Shown here: positions 36,969-44,894 of the stretch, piece by piece
Position numbering within the stretch: the first letter of the stretch is position 1
Layout of the letters: every line of letters starts with the position of its first letter
Source of the DNA: an uncultured beta proteobacterium
GTDB lineage: Bacteria; Pseudomonadota; Gammaproteobacteria; Burkholderiales; SG8-41
Assembly: GCA_903889565.1 (NCBI GenBank)
Contig: CAISYC010000048.1
Coordinates: 1,680-65,679, forward strand
Reading direction: 5' to 3'
DNA length: 64,000 bases
The notes under the pieces: model-generated
What the model was told of the DNA's origin: nothing
Database searches by the model: none
What the model saw: only the letters and a program-made list of their open reading frames with translations
Made by a program: the position numbers and the translations under genes

Positions 36969-38399
36969 TCAGCCGCGCGCGCCCGTCGCGGCGAACTCGG
37001 GCTTTGCGCGCCGCGCGTACAACTCCCGAAACGTTTTCCCCGCCGGCGCCGGCATGTCGCGCCCGCCGGTCCAGCCGCTGGCAAACGGCAGGCGATGAAT
37101 CAGGCGAGCGTTGCCCCCCATCAGCTTCAGTAAGCGCGCGGCGAGCCGCGTCAGCCGGGCATACAACACAGGTCGCTCCGCGGCATACCGCCACAACCGC
37201 AGCCCCGCGCGTTCGCTCCACGGCCTCAGCCCTTTAACGAACTGGCGTTCGCGCAGTTTGCGCATCAATTCCGGCAATGGAATCTTCACCGGGCATACCA
37301 CGCCGCATTGATTGCACAGCGTTGATGCCTGCGGCAAGTCGAGTGCGTTCTCCATGCCGCCGAGCGTGGACGTCAGGATCGAACCCATCGGCCCCGGATA
37401 AACCCAGCCGTAGGCGTGACCGCCGACGCTTTGATAGACCGGGCAGTGGTTCATGCAGGCACCGCAGCGGATGCAGCGCAACATCGGCTGCATGTCGGTG
37501 CCGAGCAGTTTGCTGCGCCCGCCGTCGAGCAGAATGATGTGAAAATGCTGCGGCCCCGCCTCGCCCGCCTGCGCGGGACCGGTGGTCACCGACACATAAT
37601 TCGAAATCGTCTGCCCGGTCGCCGAGCGCGGCAGCAGGCGCAGCAGCGTGGTCAGGTCTTCGCGCGTCGCCACCACCTTCTCGATGCCGGTGATCGCGAC
37701 ATGCACACGCGGCAGTGTGGTCACCATGCGGCCGTTGCCCTCGTTGGTGACAATCACCGTCGAGCCCGTTTCGGCGACCACGAAGTTGGCGCCGCTGATG
37801 CCCATGTCCGCCGACAGAAAATGGCCGCGCAGTTGTTCGCGCGCCTCGCGCGTCAGCAACGCCGGATCGCTCTGGCGCGGCAAGTGGTGCTTCTCCGCAA
37901 ACAGATCGGCGATCTCTTCGCGGCCCTTGTGAATCACCGGCGCGATGATGTGCGACGGCGGCTCTTTCGCGAGTTGCAGAATGTATTCGCCGAGATCGGT
38001 TTCGACCACCTGCACGCCGGCGCCTTCGAGCGCATCATTGAGAGCGCACTCCTCGCTCACCATTGATTTCGACTTGATGACCTTCGTTACGCCGTAAATA
38101 CCGGCAAGTTCGCAGACGATGCGGTTGACGTCGTCGATAGTCTCCGCCCAATGCACCACCGCGCCGCGCGAAGTCGCATTGCGCTCGAAGGTCTGCAGAT
38201 AGGTGTCGAGATTGGCCAGCGTGCGATCGCGGATCGCCGCCGCCGCGCTGCGGATCTCTTCGAAGTTGTCGAGCTCGAGCATGCGCTCGGCGCGGCCCTT
38301 GACGAAGTTGCCCTGCAGCTTCCTGAGCGCGGCCTGCAGTTTGACGTCGGCCAGCTTGCCGCCGGCGCGCGCCTTGAAATGCATGGAGGCAATTTGCAT
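36969..38399 (-). CDS. lutB: lactate utilization protein B (4Fe-4S, YkgF-like)
   Basis: LUD domain plus two ferredoxin-type clusters (CIRCGACMNHCPVY and CNQCGVVCPVKI). Confidence 0.9.
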   Translation of the reverse strand: MQIASMHFKARAGGKLADVKLQAALRKLQGNFVKGRAERMLELDNFEEIRSAAAAIRDRTLANLDTYLQTFERNATSRGAVVHWAETIDDVNRIVCELAGIYGVTKVIKSKSMVSEECALNDALEGAGVQVVETDLGEYILQLAKEPPSHIIAPVIHKGREEIADLFAEKHHLPRQSDPALLTREAREQLRGHFLSADMGISGANFVVAETGSTVIVTNEGNGRMVTTLPRVHVAITGIEKVVATREDLTTLLRLLPRSATGQTISNYVSVTTGPAQAGEAGPQHFHIILLDGGRSKLLGTDMQPMLRCIRCGACMNHCPVYQSVGGHAYGWVYPGPMGSILTSTLGGMENALDLPQASTLCNQCGVVCPVKIPLPELMRKLRERQFVKGLRPWSERAGLRLWRYAAERPVLYARLTRLAARLLKLMGGNARLIHRLPFASGWTGGRDMPAPAGKTFRELYARRAKPEFAATGARG

Positions 38400-38446
38400 G
38401 GCGTGATGCTACACGATTCGCCGCGCCGGTTCCGCGCGACAGCCGC

Positions 38447-39076
38447 CTAGCGCAAGTTGAGCTTCATTGCGGCGGCCACCACAGGCTTTGCCCAGTCCGG
38501 CGCGTGAGGCAGATCGCGCGGATTCATGATGTGACCTCGCTTCATGTGCAGCAGCAGTTGCGGCAGCGGCGTTTTGCCGGCGGCGGGGTCGGCATCGGCG
38601 CTGTTGTCGTAAACGCGCAGCGCGGTCAGCACCGGCATCAACTGAATCAAATTGAGGCGACTGTGCTCGAAGCGCCGGCGAATCGCCTGTTCCGGAATGG
38701 CGTGACCGCCGCGCGCCACGCGGGCGCGTACGCGTGCAATATGCAACGCGGCAGTCGCCAGCCCGGCATACCAGACGCGCACTTCGATCCCCTGCGTCGC
38801 CGCCTGCGCCAGCAGGCGCGGAATCGTGCTCGCCCCCAGCGTGGTTTCAAATGCGAAATCGAGTCTTCCGGCAATCGCCTGCTCCAGCATCGCGAGTCCC
38901 GCTCGCCAGGCGCGGCTGTTGGCTTCGGTTTGCTGGAGGCCGGAATTGGCTGCGATCAGTTTGCGCGCCGCTTCGTCCGGGTTGTAGTAGTCGCCGCCGA
39001 AGGCGCGAAACGCCGCGCCGCCGATCGTGCTCTTGCCGGCACCGTTGACACCGGCCAGCACGTAGATGCAACTCAT
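38447..39076 (-). CDS. zeta-toxin-like P-loop kinase (COG4185-type), putative type II toxin
   Basis: Walker A VLAGVNGAGKST and the layout of the zeta/AAA_33-like family (FETTL, RV..GGH.IPE..IRRR, YDNS). It lies 20 nt downstream of a Phd-like gene. Confidence 0.75.
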   Translation of the reverse strand: MSCIYVLAGVNGAGKSTIGGAAFRAFGGDYYNPDEAARKLIAANSGLQQTEANSRAWRAGLAMLEQAIAGRLDFAFETTLGASTIPRLLAQAATQGIEVRVWYAGLATAALHIARVRARVARGGHAIPEQAIRRRFEHSRLNLIQLMPVLTALRVYDNSADADPAAGKTPLPQLLLHMKRGHIMNPRDLPHAPDWAKPVVAAAMKLNLR

Positions 39077-39095
39077 CGTGCTGCAGTGGCCGCGA

Positions 39096-39465
39096 TCAGC
39101 GGCGCTTGCGAAGTGTGCGCGCCGCCTTCACTGCGGCGCGCCCGAGTTCCGCCGGCGTGGCATCGAAGGCCGCGGCCATGCCGCGCTTCGCCGCTGGCGT
39201 TTGCAGACGCGCGAGCAGCACATCGTATTCGGCACTGAGATCGTTGAGGCTGGGCGCGCGCTCGCGCACCAGCGCCTGGAATTCTTCGTAAGACACCAGC
39301 ACTGCGCGCGGCGTTTCGTGCCGGGTGATGACGACCGCGCCGCCGCGCACCGCCTCGTCGAGCACGGCACCGCACTCGCTCTTCAAACGCGTCGCCGCGA
39401 CTGCCGGCAGATCGACCAGCTCGCCGTGGCTGTTGCGAAACACTAGGTTGGCGGCTTTGGGCATG
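39096..39465 (-). CDS. Phd/YefM-type antitoxin with extended C-terminal helix region
   Basis: The core (AATRLKSECGAVLDEAVRGGAVVITRHETPRAVLVSYEEFQAL) follows the Phd/YefM pattern. I chose ATG 39465 (GGAAAG Shine-Dalgarno) because the candidate promoter -10 box overlaps the alternative ATG at 39492. Confidence 0.7.
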
Positions 39466-39490
39466 GCGACTTTCCAGATTGTTTTGACCA

Positions 39491-39518
39491 TTATAGCCAA
39501 TTCATCTGTTTTGTCCAT
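39491..39518 (-). promoter_or_regulatory. near-consensus sigma70 promoter upstream of the antitoxin
   Basis: On the minus strand: TGGACA (39518-39513), a 16-nt spacer, then TATAAT (39496-39491). It sits in an AT-rich patch about 25 nt upstream of ATG 39465. Confidence 0.5.
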
Positions 39519-39628
39519 TTCGCCGATCACACAGGAAAACAGTACGCCGGAGCAACCAGCAATGCGCCAGCTACTGCTCGCTCCATGCCCCCGCACAGCG
39601 CTGAAGACGAGACCGCCCGACGGCGGGA

Positions 39629-40555
39629 TTATTTCTTCGCGCCGCCCGCTTGCAGCGCCAGCACATCCCACACCGCGCGGTTGCACGGCGTCGGCACGCC
39701 GACCTTGGCGCCGAGCTTGACGACCCCGCCCGACAACCATTCGACTTCGAGTGAGTTGCCGTGCTCAAGATCGTGATGTAACGACGAGGTCATCTCCGGC
39801 GACAGCGTATCGGCGAAGACGAGACGCTGATCAGCGTAATCGGCCGGCAGGTTTACTCCGAGTGCGCGTCCGACGGCGACGGTTTCGCGCATCAGATCGA
39901 GCAGGAAGGCGCGCGTCTGCGCATTCGAACGCACCGGACCCAGCGTTGTGCGCATGCTTGCAGTCGTGCCCGAAAGCCCGACGAGGAAGACGTATTTTTC
40001 CCACAGCGTGCGCCGGATGTCGGATGACAGTTCGGCATCGATACCGGTGCGTTTAAATGCATCGAGCAAGGCCTCGGCGCGCAACGAGCGACTGCCGTCG
40101 TATTCGCCGAACACCATGCGCTGAATGCCGCCGGTTTGTTTGATCACACCAAGCCGTGCGACGTGCGTGCTGACGTAGGCGACACCGCCCATCACCGCCC
40201 CGTCACCGAAATGAGCACGCAGAATATCGTCCTTGATCACGCCGTTCTGCAGGGACAGCACCGCAGTGTCGGGGCCGACCATTGGCTTGATGCTGCGCGC
40301 AACGCTGTCGAGATCCCACAACTTGACCGCAATGATGACGAGATCCGCAATACCGAGCCGCGCCGGATCGTCGCTGGCGCGCACCTTCGGCAGGTGAATC
40401 GCCGGATGCGTATCGCTTTCGATCGTCAGACCATTGGCGAGCATGGCCTCGAGATGTTTGCCGCGCGCGACAAAGCCAACGTCGCAGCCCGCGTGCGCCA
40501 GATGGCCGCCGTAAAAACCGCCGACCCCGCCCGAACCCATCACCGCAATCTTCAT
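39629..40555 (-). CDS. 2-dehydropantoate 2-reductase (ketopantoate reductase/ApbA) family oxidoreductase
   Basis: N-terminal Rossmann motif MKIAVMGSGGVGGFYGG, AVK, and the C-terminal SSLHHDLEHG..LEV pattern of PanE/ApbA. Its ATG overlaps the lutA stop (ATGA at 40552-40555). Confidence 0.8.
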   Translation of the reverse strand: MKIAVMGSGGVGGFYGGHLAHAGCDVGFVARGKHLEAMLANGLTIESDTHPAIHLPKVRASDDPARLGIADLVIIAVKLWDLDSVARSIKPMVGPDTAVLSLQNGVIKDDILRAHFGDGAVMGGVAYVSTHVARLGVIKQTGGIQRMVFGEYDGSRSLRAEALLDAFKRTGIDAELSSDIRRTLWEKYVFLVGLSGTTASMRTTLGPVRSNAQTRAFLLDLMRETVAVGRALGVNLPADYADQRLVFADTLSPEMTSSLHHDLEHGNSLEVEWLSGGVVKLGAKVGVPTPCNRAVWDVLALQAGGAKK

Positions 40556-41277
40556 GGTGTTTCCGGGCCGGCCAGCACCTCGGCCACGTGCAGCACTTTC
40601 GTTTGATCGCCGCGCCGCCGCAGGCGGCCTTCGATATTGAGCATGCAGCCGAGATCGCCGAGCACGATCGCCTTGGCGCCGACAGCGCAGGCGTTGTCGC
40701 ATTTGCGATCGACAATGTGGGTGGAAATCTCGCCGAACTTGACCGCAAACATGCCGCCGAAGCCGCAGCAGGCTTCGGCCTCGTTCATTTCCTCGATGGT
40801 CAATCCGGCAACCTTATCAAGCAGCGCGCGCGGTTGCTGCTTGACGCCGAGTTCGCGCAGCCCGGAGCATGAATCATGATACGTGACCGCGCCATCGAAA
40901 CGGCCAGGCACCTGTTCGACCTTCAGCACATTGACCAGAAAATCGCACAGCTCCCAGGTTTTCGCCGAGAGCGCCGCCGCGCGCGGCGCATCGGCTTCAC
41001 CGGCGAACAATTCCGGGTAATGCGTCCTGATCATGCCGGCGCAGGAACCCGAGGGCGCGACCACGTAATCATAGCCGTCGAATTCATTGATGAGCTTGCG
41101 CGCCAGCGCCAGTGCAGAAGTTCGATCGCCGGCGTTGTAGCCGGGCTGGCCGCAACAGGTTTGCGTTGAAGGCACGCCGACCTCGCAGCCGCTGCTTTCG
41201 AGCAGGCGCAGCGCCGCCATGCCGATTGACGGCCGCATCAGATCGACGAGACAGGTCACGAAGAGAGCGACGCGCAT
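40552..41277 (-). CDS. lutA: lactate utilization protein A (CCG-domain Fe-S oxidoreductase, YkgE-like)
   Basis: Collinear by memory with E. coli YkgE, with two CCG motifs (CCGQPG, CCGFGG) and a HVAEVL tail. The ORF was trimmed to ATG 41277. Confidence 0.9.
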   Translation of the reverse strand: MRVALFVTCLVDLMRPSIGMAALRLLESSGCEVGVPSTQTCCGQPGYNAGDRTSALALARKLINEFDGYDYVVAPSGSCAGMIRTHYPELFAGEADAPRAAALSAKTWELCDFLVNVLKVEQVPGRFDGAVTYHDSCSGLRELGVKQQPRALLDKVAGLTIEEMNEAEACCGFGGMFAVKFGEISTHIVDRKCDNACAVGAKAIVLGDLGCMLNIEGRLRRRGDQTKVLHVAEVLAGPETP

Positions 41278-41441
41278 CGGCCGGCTCAGCGTTGCTTCGA
41301 TTTGCAAGGATTCGTCATCACCGCCTCTTCCGCAATGCGCGGCCGTCATTTTGCCACAGCCACCACCGCGGTTGATGCCGCGCGGAGGCTGGCCTAGAAT
41401 GCACCGACGGCTCCGCCACCGACGTCGACGTTCCGCTTATC

Positions 41442-41705
41442 GTGACTGAATATCTCGCCAAGTCCTCGATCCAGGTCATTGACCGCATGCTCAACCTGCT
41501 CGACGCGCTCGAGCGTCACAGCGCGCCGGTCAATCTGAAACAACTCGCCAGCGAAACCGCTTTGCATCCGTCCACCGCGCACCGCATACTCAACGCGATG
41601 GTCATCAACCGCATGGTCGACCGAGTCGAGCCCGGCGTTTACCGCCTCGGGTCGCGGCTGGTCGAACTCGGCCGCGCGGCGCAGGCGACTTCGCGTGCCG
41701 ATTAA
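41442..41705 (+). pseudogene. IclR-family regulator remnant (HTH domain only, 87 aa)
   Basis: The N-terminal IclR wHTH (IQVIDRMLNLLDALERHSAPVNLKQLASETALHPSTAHRILNAMV...YRLGSRLVELG) ends about 10 aa after the DNA-binding domain. There is no effector domain in any frame, and the 3' end overlaps the next gene. Confidence 0.6.
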
Positions 41706-43095
41706 TTCCGCCGTGTTCGATCGACCGCTCGTTTTTCTCGATCTCGAAACCACCGGCGCCACCGCCACCCACGACCGCATCACCGAGATCGGGCTGATCG
41801 AAGTCGAGAACGGCGAGTACGCGGGCGAATGGAGCACGCTGATCAATCCGCAGGCGCGCATTCCGCCCTTCATCGAATCGCTGACCGGCATCAGCAACGA
41901 AATGGTGGCCGGCGCACCGACCTTCGAAGACGTCGCCACCGGACTCAAAGCGCGCCTCGACGGCAAACTGCTGATCGCGCACAACGCGCGCTTCGACTAC
42001 GGTTTTCTGAAAAACGAATTTGCGCGGCTGGACATGCGCTACTCGTCCGACCTGCTGTGCACCGTCAAGCTCTCGCGCAAACTCTATCCGGGCCACACCA
42101 AACACAATCTCGACACGCTGATGGAACGCCACGCGGTCAATTGCGAAGCGCGGCACCGCGCGCTCGGCGACGCGCGCGTGCTGTGGGATCTCTTGCAAAT
42201 CTGGCGCGCTGATGCCGGCGACGACGCGCTCAATGCCGCCGTCGCTGCGCAACTCAAAAAGCCGTCGCTGCCGGCGCACCTGCAGGATTTTCTGATCGAG
42301 GACGTTCCGGCCGCGCCCGGCGTCTATCTGTTCTACGGTGAAAACGATCTGCCGATCTACATCGGCAAGAGCGTCAACCTGCGCTCGCGCGTGCAGGCAC
42401 ATTTCTCCGGCGACCACCGGCTGTCGAAGGACATGAACATCACGCAGCAGATCCGCCGCGTCGAATGGAAACAGACCGCCGGCGAACTCGGCGCGCTGCT
42501 CGAAGAAGCGCGTCTGGTAAAAGACATGCTGCCGACGCTGAACCGGCAACTGCGCCGCAACAACGATCTGCACGCCTGGCAGTGGGATGCTGAGGTCGGC
42601 GGTGCGCCGGTATTGGCGCATGCAGCCGATATTGATTTCAGCGCGGGTGGCGCAGTCTACGGCGTATTTCGCAGCAAACGCGCCGCGGTCGATGCGTTGC
42701 GCGGACTCGCCCAGGTGCACGAGCTGTGCCCGATCGCGATCGGACTTGAAAAAGGCAAAGGGCCCTGCTTCGCGTATCAATTGCAGCGCTGCCGCGGCGT
42801 CTGCGTCGGCGCCGAGCCGCCGGCGCAACACGAACTGCGCCTGATCGAAGCGCTGGCCGAACTCAAGCTGCAAAGCTGGCCCTTCGCCGGCCGCATCGGC
42901 ATCCGCGAAAGCAACGGCCGCGACAGCGTTCTTCACGTGCTCGATCACTGGTGTTATCTCGGCACCGTCAGCAATGACGAGGAACTCGCAGAACTCGATC
43001 AACGGCCCGCCTTCGATCTCGACACCTACAAAATACTCAAGCGCTTTCTGACCGACCGGCGCAGCCGTCTGGAGATCGTGCCGCTCGCGGCGTAA
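41695..43095 (+). CDS. DEDDh 3'-5' exonuclease (DnaQ-like) fused to GIY-YIG / UvrC-N (Cho-like) nuclease
   Basis: Exo motifs FLDLETTG, AHNARFDYGFL and HRALGDA are present. A GIY-YIG module follows (GVYLFYG...IYIGKS.NLRSRV), then a UvrC-like Cys motif (CFAYQLQRCRGVC). The start is GTG 41695 or GTG 41713. Confidence 0.85.
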   Translation: MPINSAVFDRPLVFLDLETTGATATHDRITEIGLIEVENGEYAGEWSTLINPQARIPPFIESLTGISNEMVAGAPTFEDVATGLKARLDGKLLIAHNARFDYGFLKNEFARLDMRYSSDLLCTVKLSRKLYPGHTKHNLDTLMERHAVNCEARHRALGDARVLWDLLQIWRADAGDDALNAAVAAQLKKPSLPAHLQDFLIEDVPAAPGVYLFYGENDLPIYIGKSVNLRSRVQAHFSGDHRLSKDMNITQQIRRVEWKQTAGELGALLEEARLVKDMLPTLNRQLRRNNDLHAWQWDAEVGGAPVLAHAADIDFSAGGAVYGVFRSKRAAVDALRGLAQVHELCPIAIGLEKGKGPCFAYQLQRCRGVCVGAEPPAQHELRLIEALAELKLQSWPFAGRIGIRESNGRDSVLHVLDHWCYLGTVSNDEELAELDQRPAFDLDTYKILKRFLTDRRSRLEIVPLAA

Positions 43096-43137
43096 ACTGC
43101 GCGCTCGGCATTGCCGCGTTGCCGCTCTGGAGGAACC

Positions 43138-44166
43138 ATGCAAAACGACAACAATACCCGGAAAAATATTCGTCATTCCCGCGCAGGCGGGTATCCACGG
43201 GCTCCCGCCTGCGCGGGAGCGACGGCGTGCGCAATGATGCTGCTCGCCGCGTTGCCGGCACTGGCGCAAACCTATCCGATAAAGCCGGTGCGCTTCATCG
43301 TCAATTTCCCGCCCGGCGGCCCGACCGACATCATGGGGCGGCTCGCCGCCGATCACCTGTCGAGAGCCTGGGGTGTGCAGGTGGTAGCCGACAACCGCGG
43401 CGGCGCCGGCGGCAATATCGGCTTCGAGCAATGCGCGAAGGCGCCATCCGACGGATACACGATCTGCATGATGACCATCGCGCAGAGCATCGCGCCGTCG
43501 ATCTATGCCAAGGTCGGCTTCGACCTAAACAAGGATTATTCGTATGTGACGCTGATGGCCGTGCTGCCGAGCCTGCTGATGGTGCATCCATCGATCCCGG
43601 CGAAGAATGTGCGCGAACTCGTCGCGCTGGCGAAGGCGCGGCCGGGTGCGCTGACCTATGCTTCGACCGGCATCGGCACCAGCCCGCACATGATGATGGA
43701 AATGTTCAAATCGATGGCCGGCATCAACATCGTCCACGTGCCGTACAAGGGTGCAGCGCCGGCGATGATCGACCAGATTTCGGGCCAGATCGACGTTGCC
43801 TTCAGCACCGCGATCGCTGCACTCCCCTTCGTGCAGCAGGGCAAGGTGCGCGCAATCGCAGTCTCGACGCAACAGCGCTTTCCGACGCTGCCGGATCTGC
43901 CGACGGTCGATCAATCCGGCATCAAGGGTTTCGACGGCAGTTCATGGAACGGCGTGGTGATGCCGGCCGGCACACCGCGCGAAATCGTCGGCAAGGTCAA
44001 TGCAGAACTGGTGAAAATGCTCAAGGCGCCTGAGATGAAGGACAAGATTCTGCAGCAGGGCGGCCTCGCCGGCGGCACCACACCGGACGAATTCGCGGCC
44101 TACGTCAAAGCCGAGGCCGACAAGTGGGCGCGCGTGGCGAAAGCCGCGCAGGTGCGCCCTGAATAA
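43138..44166 (+). CDS. Bug family (TctC-like) tripartite tricarboxylate transporter substrate-binding protein
   Basis: Contains the Bug hallmark YP.KPVRFIV.FPPGGPTD and V.N..GAGG. A GGAGGA Shine-Dalgarno precedes ATG 43138. The pre-signal n-region is unusually long and encodes a palindromic element. Confidence 0.85.
   Translation: MQNDNNTRKNIRHSRAGGYPRAPACAGATACAMMLLAALPALAQTYPIKPVRFIVNFPPGGPTDIMGRLAADHLSRAWGVQVVADNRGGAGGNIGFEQCAKAPSDGYTICMMTIAQSIAPSIYAKVGFDLNKDYSYVTLMAVLPSLLMVHPSIPAKNVRELVALAKARPGALTYASTGIGTSPHMMMEMFKSMAGINIVHVPYKGAAPAMIDQISGQIDVAFSTAIAALPFVQQGKVRAIAVSTQQRFPTLPDLPTVDQSGIKGFDGSSWNGVVMPAGTPREIVGKVNAELVKMLKAPEMKDKILQQGGLAGGTTPDEFAAYVKAEADKWARVAKAAQVRPE
43177..43218. repeat. 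REP-like perfect 15-bp inverted repeat (tcccgcgcaggcggg ... cccgcctgcgcggga)
   Basis: Arms are at 43177-43191 and 43204-43218 with a 12-nt loop. The flanking cgtc/gacg extends the pairing. It lies inside the 5' end of the Bug ORF. Confidence 0.8.
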
Positions 44167-44175
44167 GCCCGCTGC

Positions 44176-44787
44176 GTGAGCGGCCGCCACATCGGCAGTT
44201 GCGTCGTCCTTGAAGACGGCGCCGCGCTAATTGTGCATTGTCCGGCGCTGCGCAGTGCCGGCGCGGCGCTGATGCTGGCCATGTTCGGCGCCGCCTGCAG
44301 CGTGATCGCGATCGCCGCCACCATCGGCCTTCTCGGCGCCGGCAGCGATACACTGTCGAATCTTCTTGCACTGGCGTTTGCCGGTGTGCTGGTGGTGCCG
44401 CTGTTCGCGATCGGCACGCTGTTTTGCGCTGTCGCATTGTGGAGCGCCTTCAATTCACGCACCGCGGCGGCGGCGGCGCACGGCGTGCGCATCGAGCGGC
44501 GCTGGTGCGGCATCCCGCTGTCACGGCAGACGCTGGCGACCGATTCGATCACGGCGCTCGAGAGCCGGCGCGAAGCGCGCTTCACCGGCATCTTCAGCGA
44601 CACGCGGCATTACCGCCTGGTCGCGCGCTACGCGGCGGGCGCGACGGTGCTCGCCGACCATCTGGCCGGCGGTGCACAAACCGAAGAAATGAAAAAATTA
44701 TTGCTGAGCGCGTTGGCGCGGCCGGAACTGGCCGACGACGGGCGCAGCGATCACGTCACCGATAATCGCGCCGCGGCCGATGCCTGA
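44176..44787 (+). CDS. hypothetical membrane protein (2 TM + soluble C-terminal domain)
   Basis: GTG start 10 nt after the Bug stop. Two hydrophobic helices are present, with GC-rich third codon positions. I do not recognise a family. Confidence 0.5.
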   Translation: MSGRHIGSCVVLEDGAALIVHCPALRSAGAALMLAMFGAACSVIAIAATIGLLGAGSDTLSNLLALAFAGVLVVPLFAIGTLFCAVALWSAFNSRTAAAAAHGVRIERRWCGIPLSRQTLATDSITALESRREARFTGIFSDTRHYRLVARYAAGATVLADHLAGGAQTEEMKKLLLSALARPELADDGRSDHVTDNRAAADA

Positions 44788-44894
44788 CAGCCGGAAAACT
44801 TTCCGTCGCGCCTGCGAAGGCGTGAGCCCCGGAGGCTGGGCCGATTGTTAAAACGGAAACTTCCCGCAATACCGCCGGCGCGATCAGATCGCGC

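Noticed and set aside
39613-39626. Short hairpin (ccgcc-gtcg-ggcgg on the minus strand) just after the ketopantoate-reductase-like stop, considered as a terminator
   Set aside because: The stem is only 5 bp and is followed by a pyrimidine-rich tract (TCTCGTCTTC) rather than a U tract. That is too weak to call, so transcription termination upstream of the TA promoter remains open.
41605-43431. 608-aa - strand ORF
   Set aside because: Antisense to the exonuclease/GIY-YIG gene. It even reads through the REP-like palindrome (IPACAGMT-type translation), and it has no motifs.
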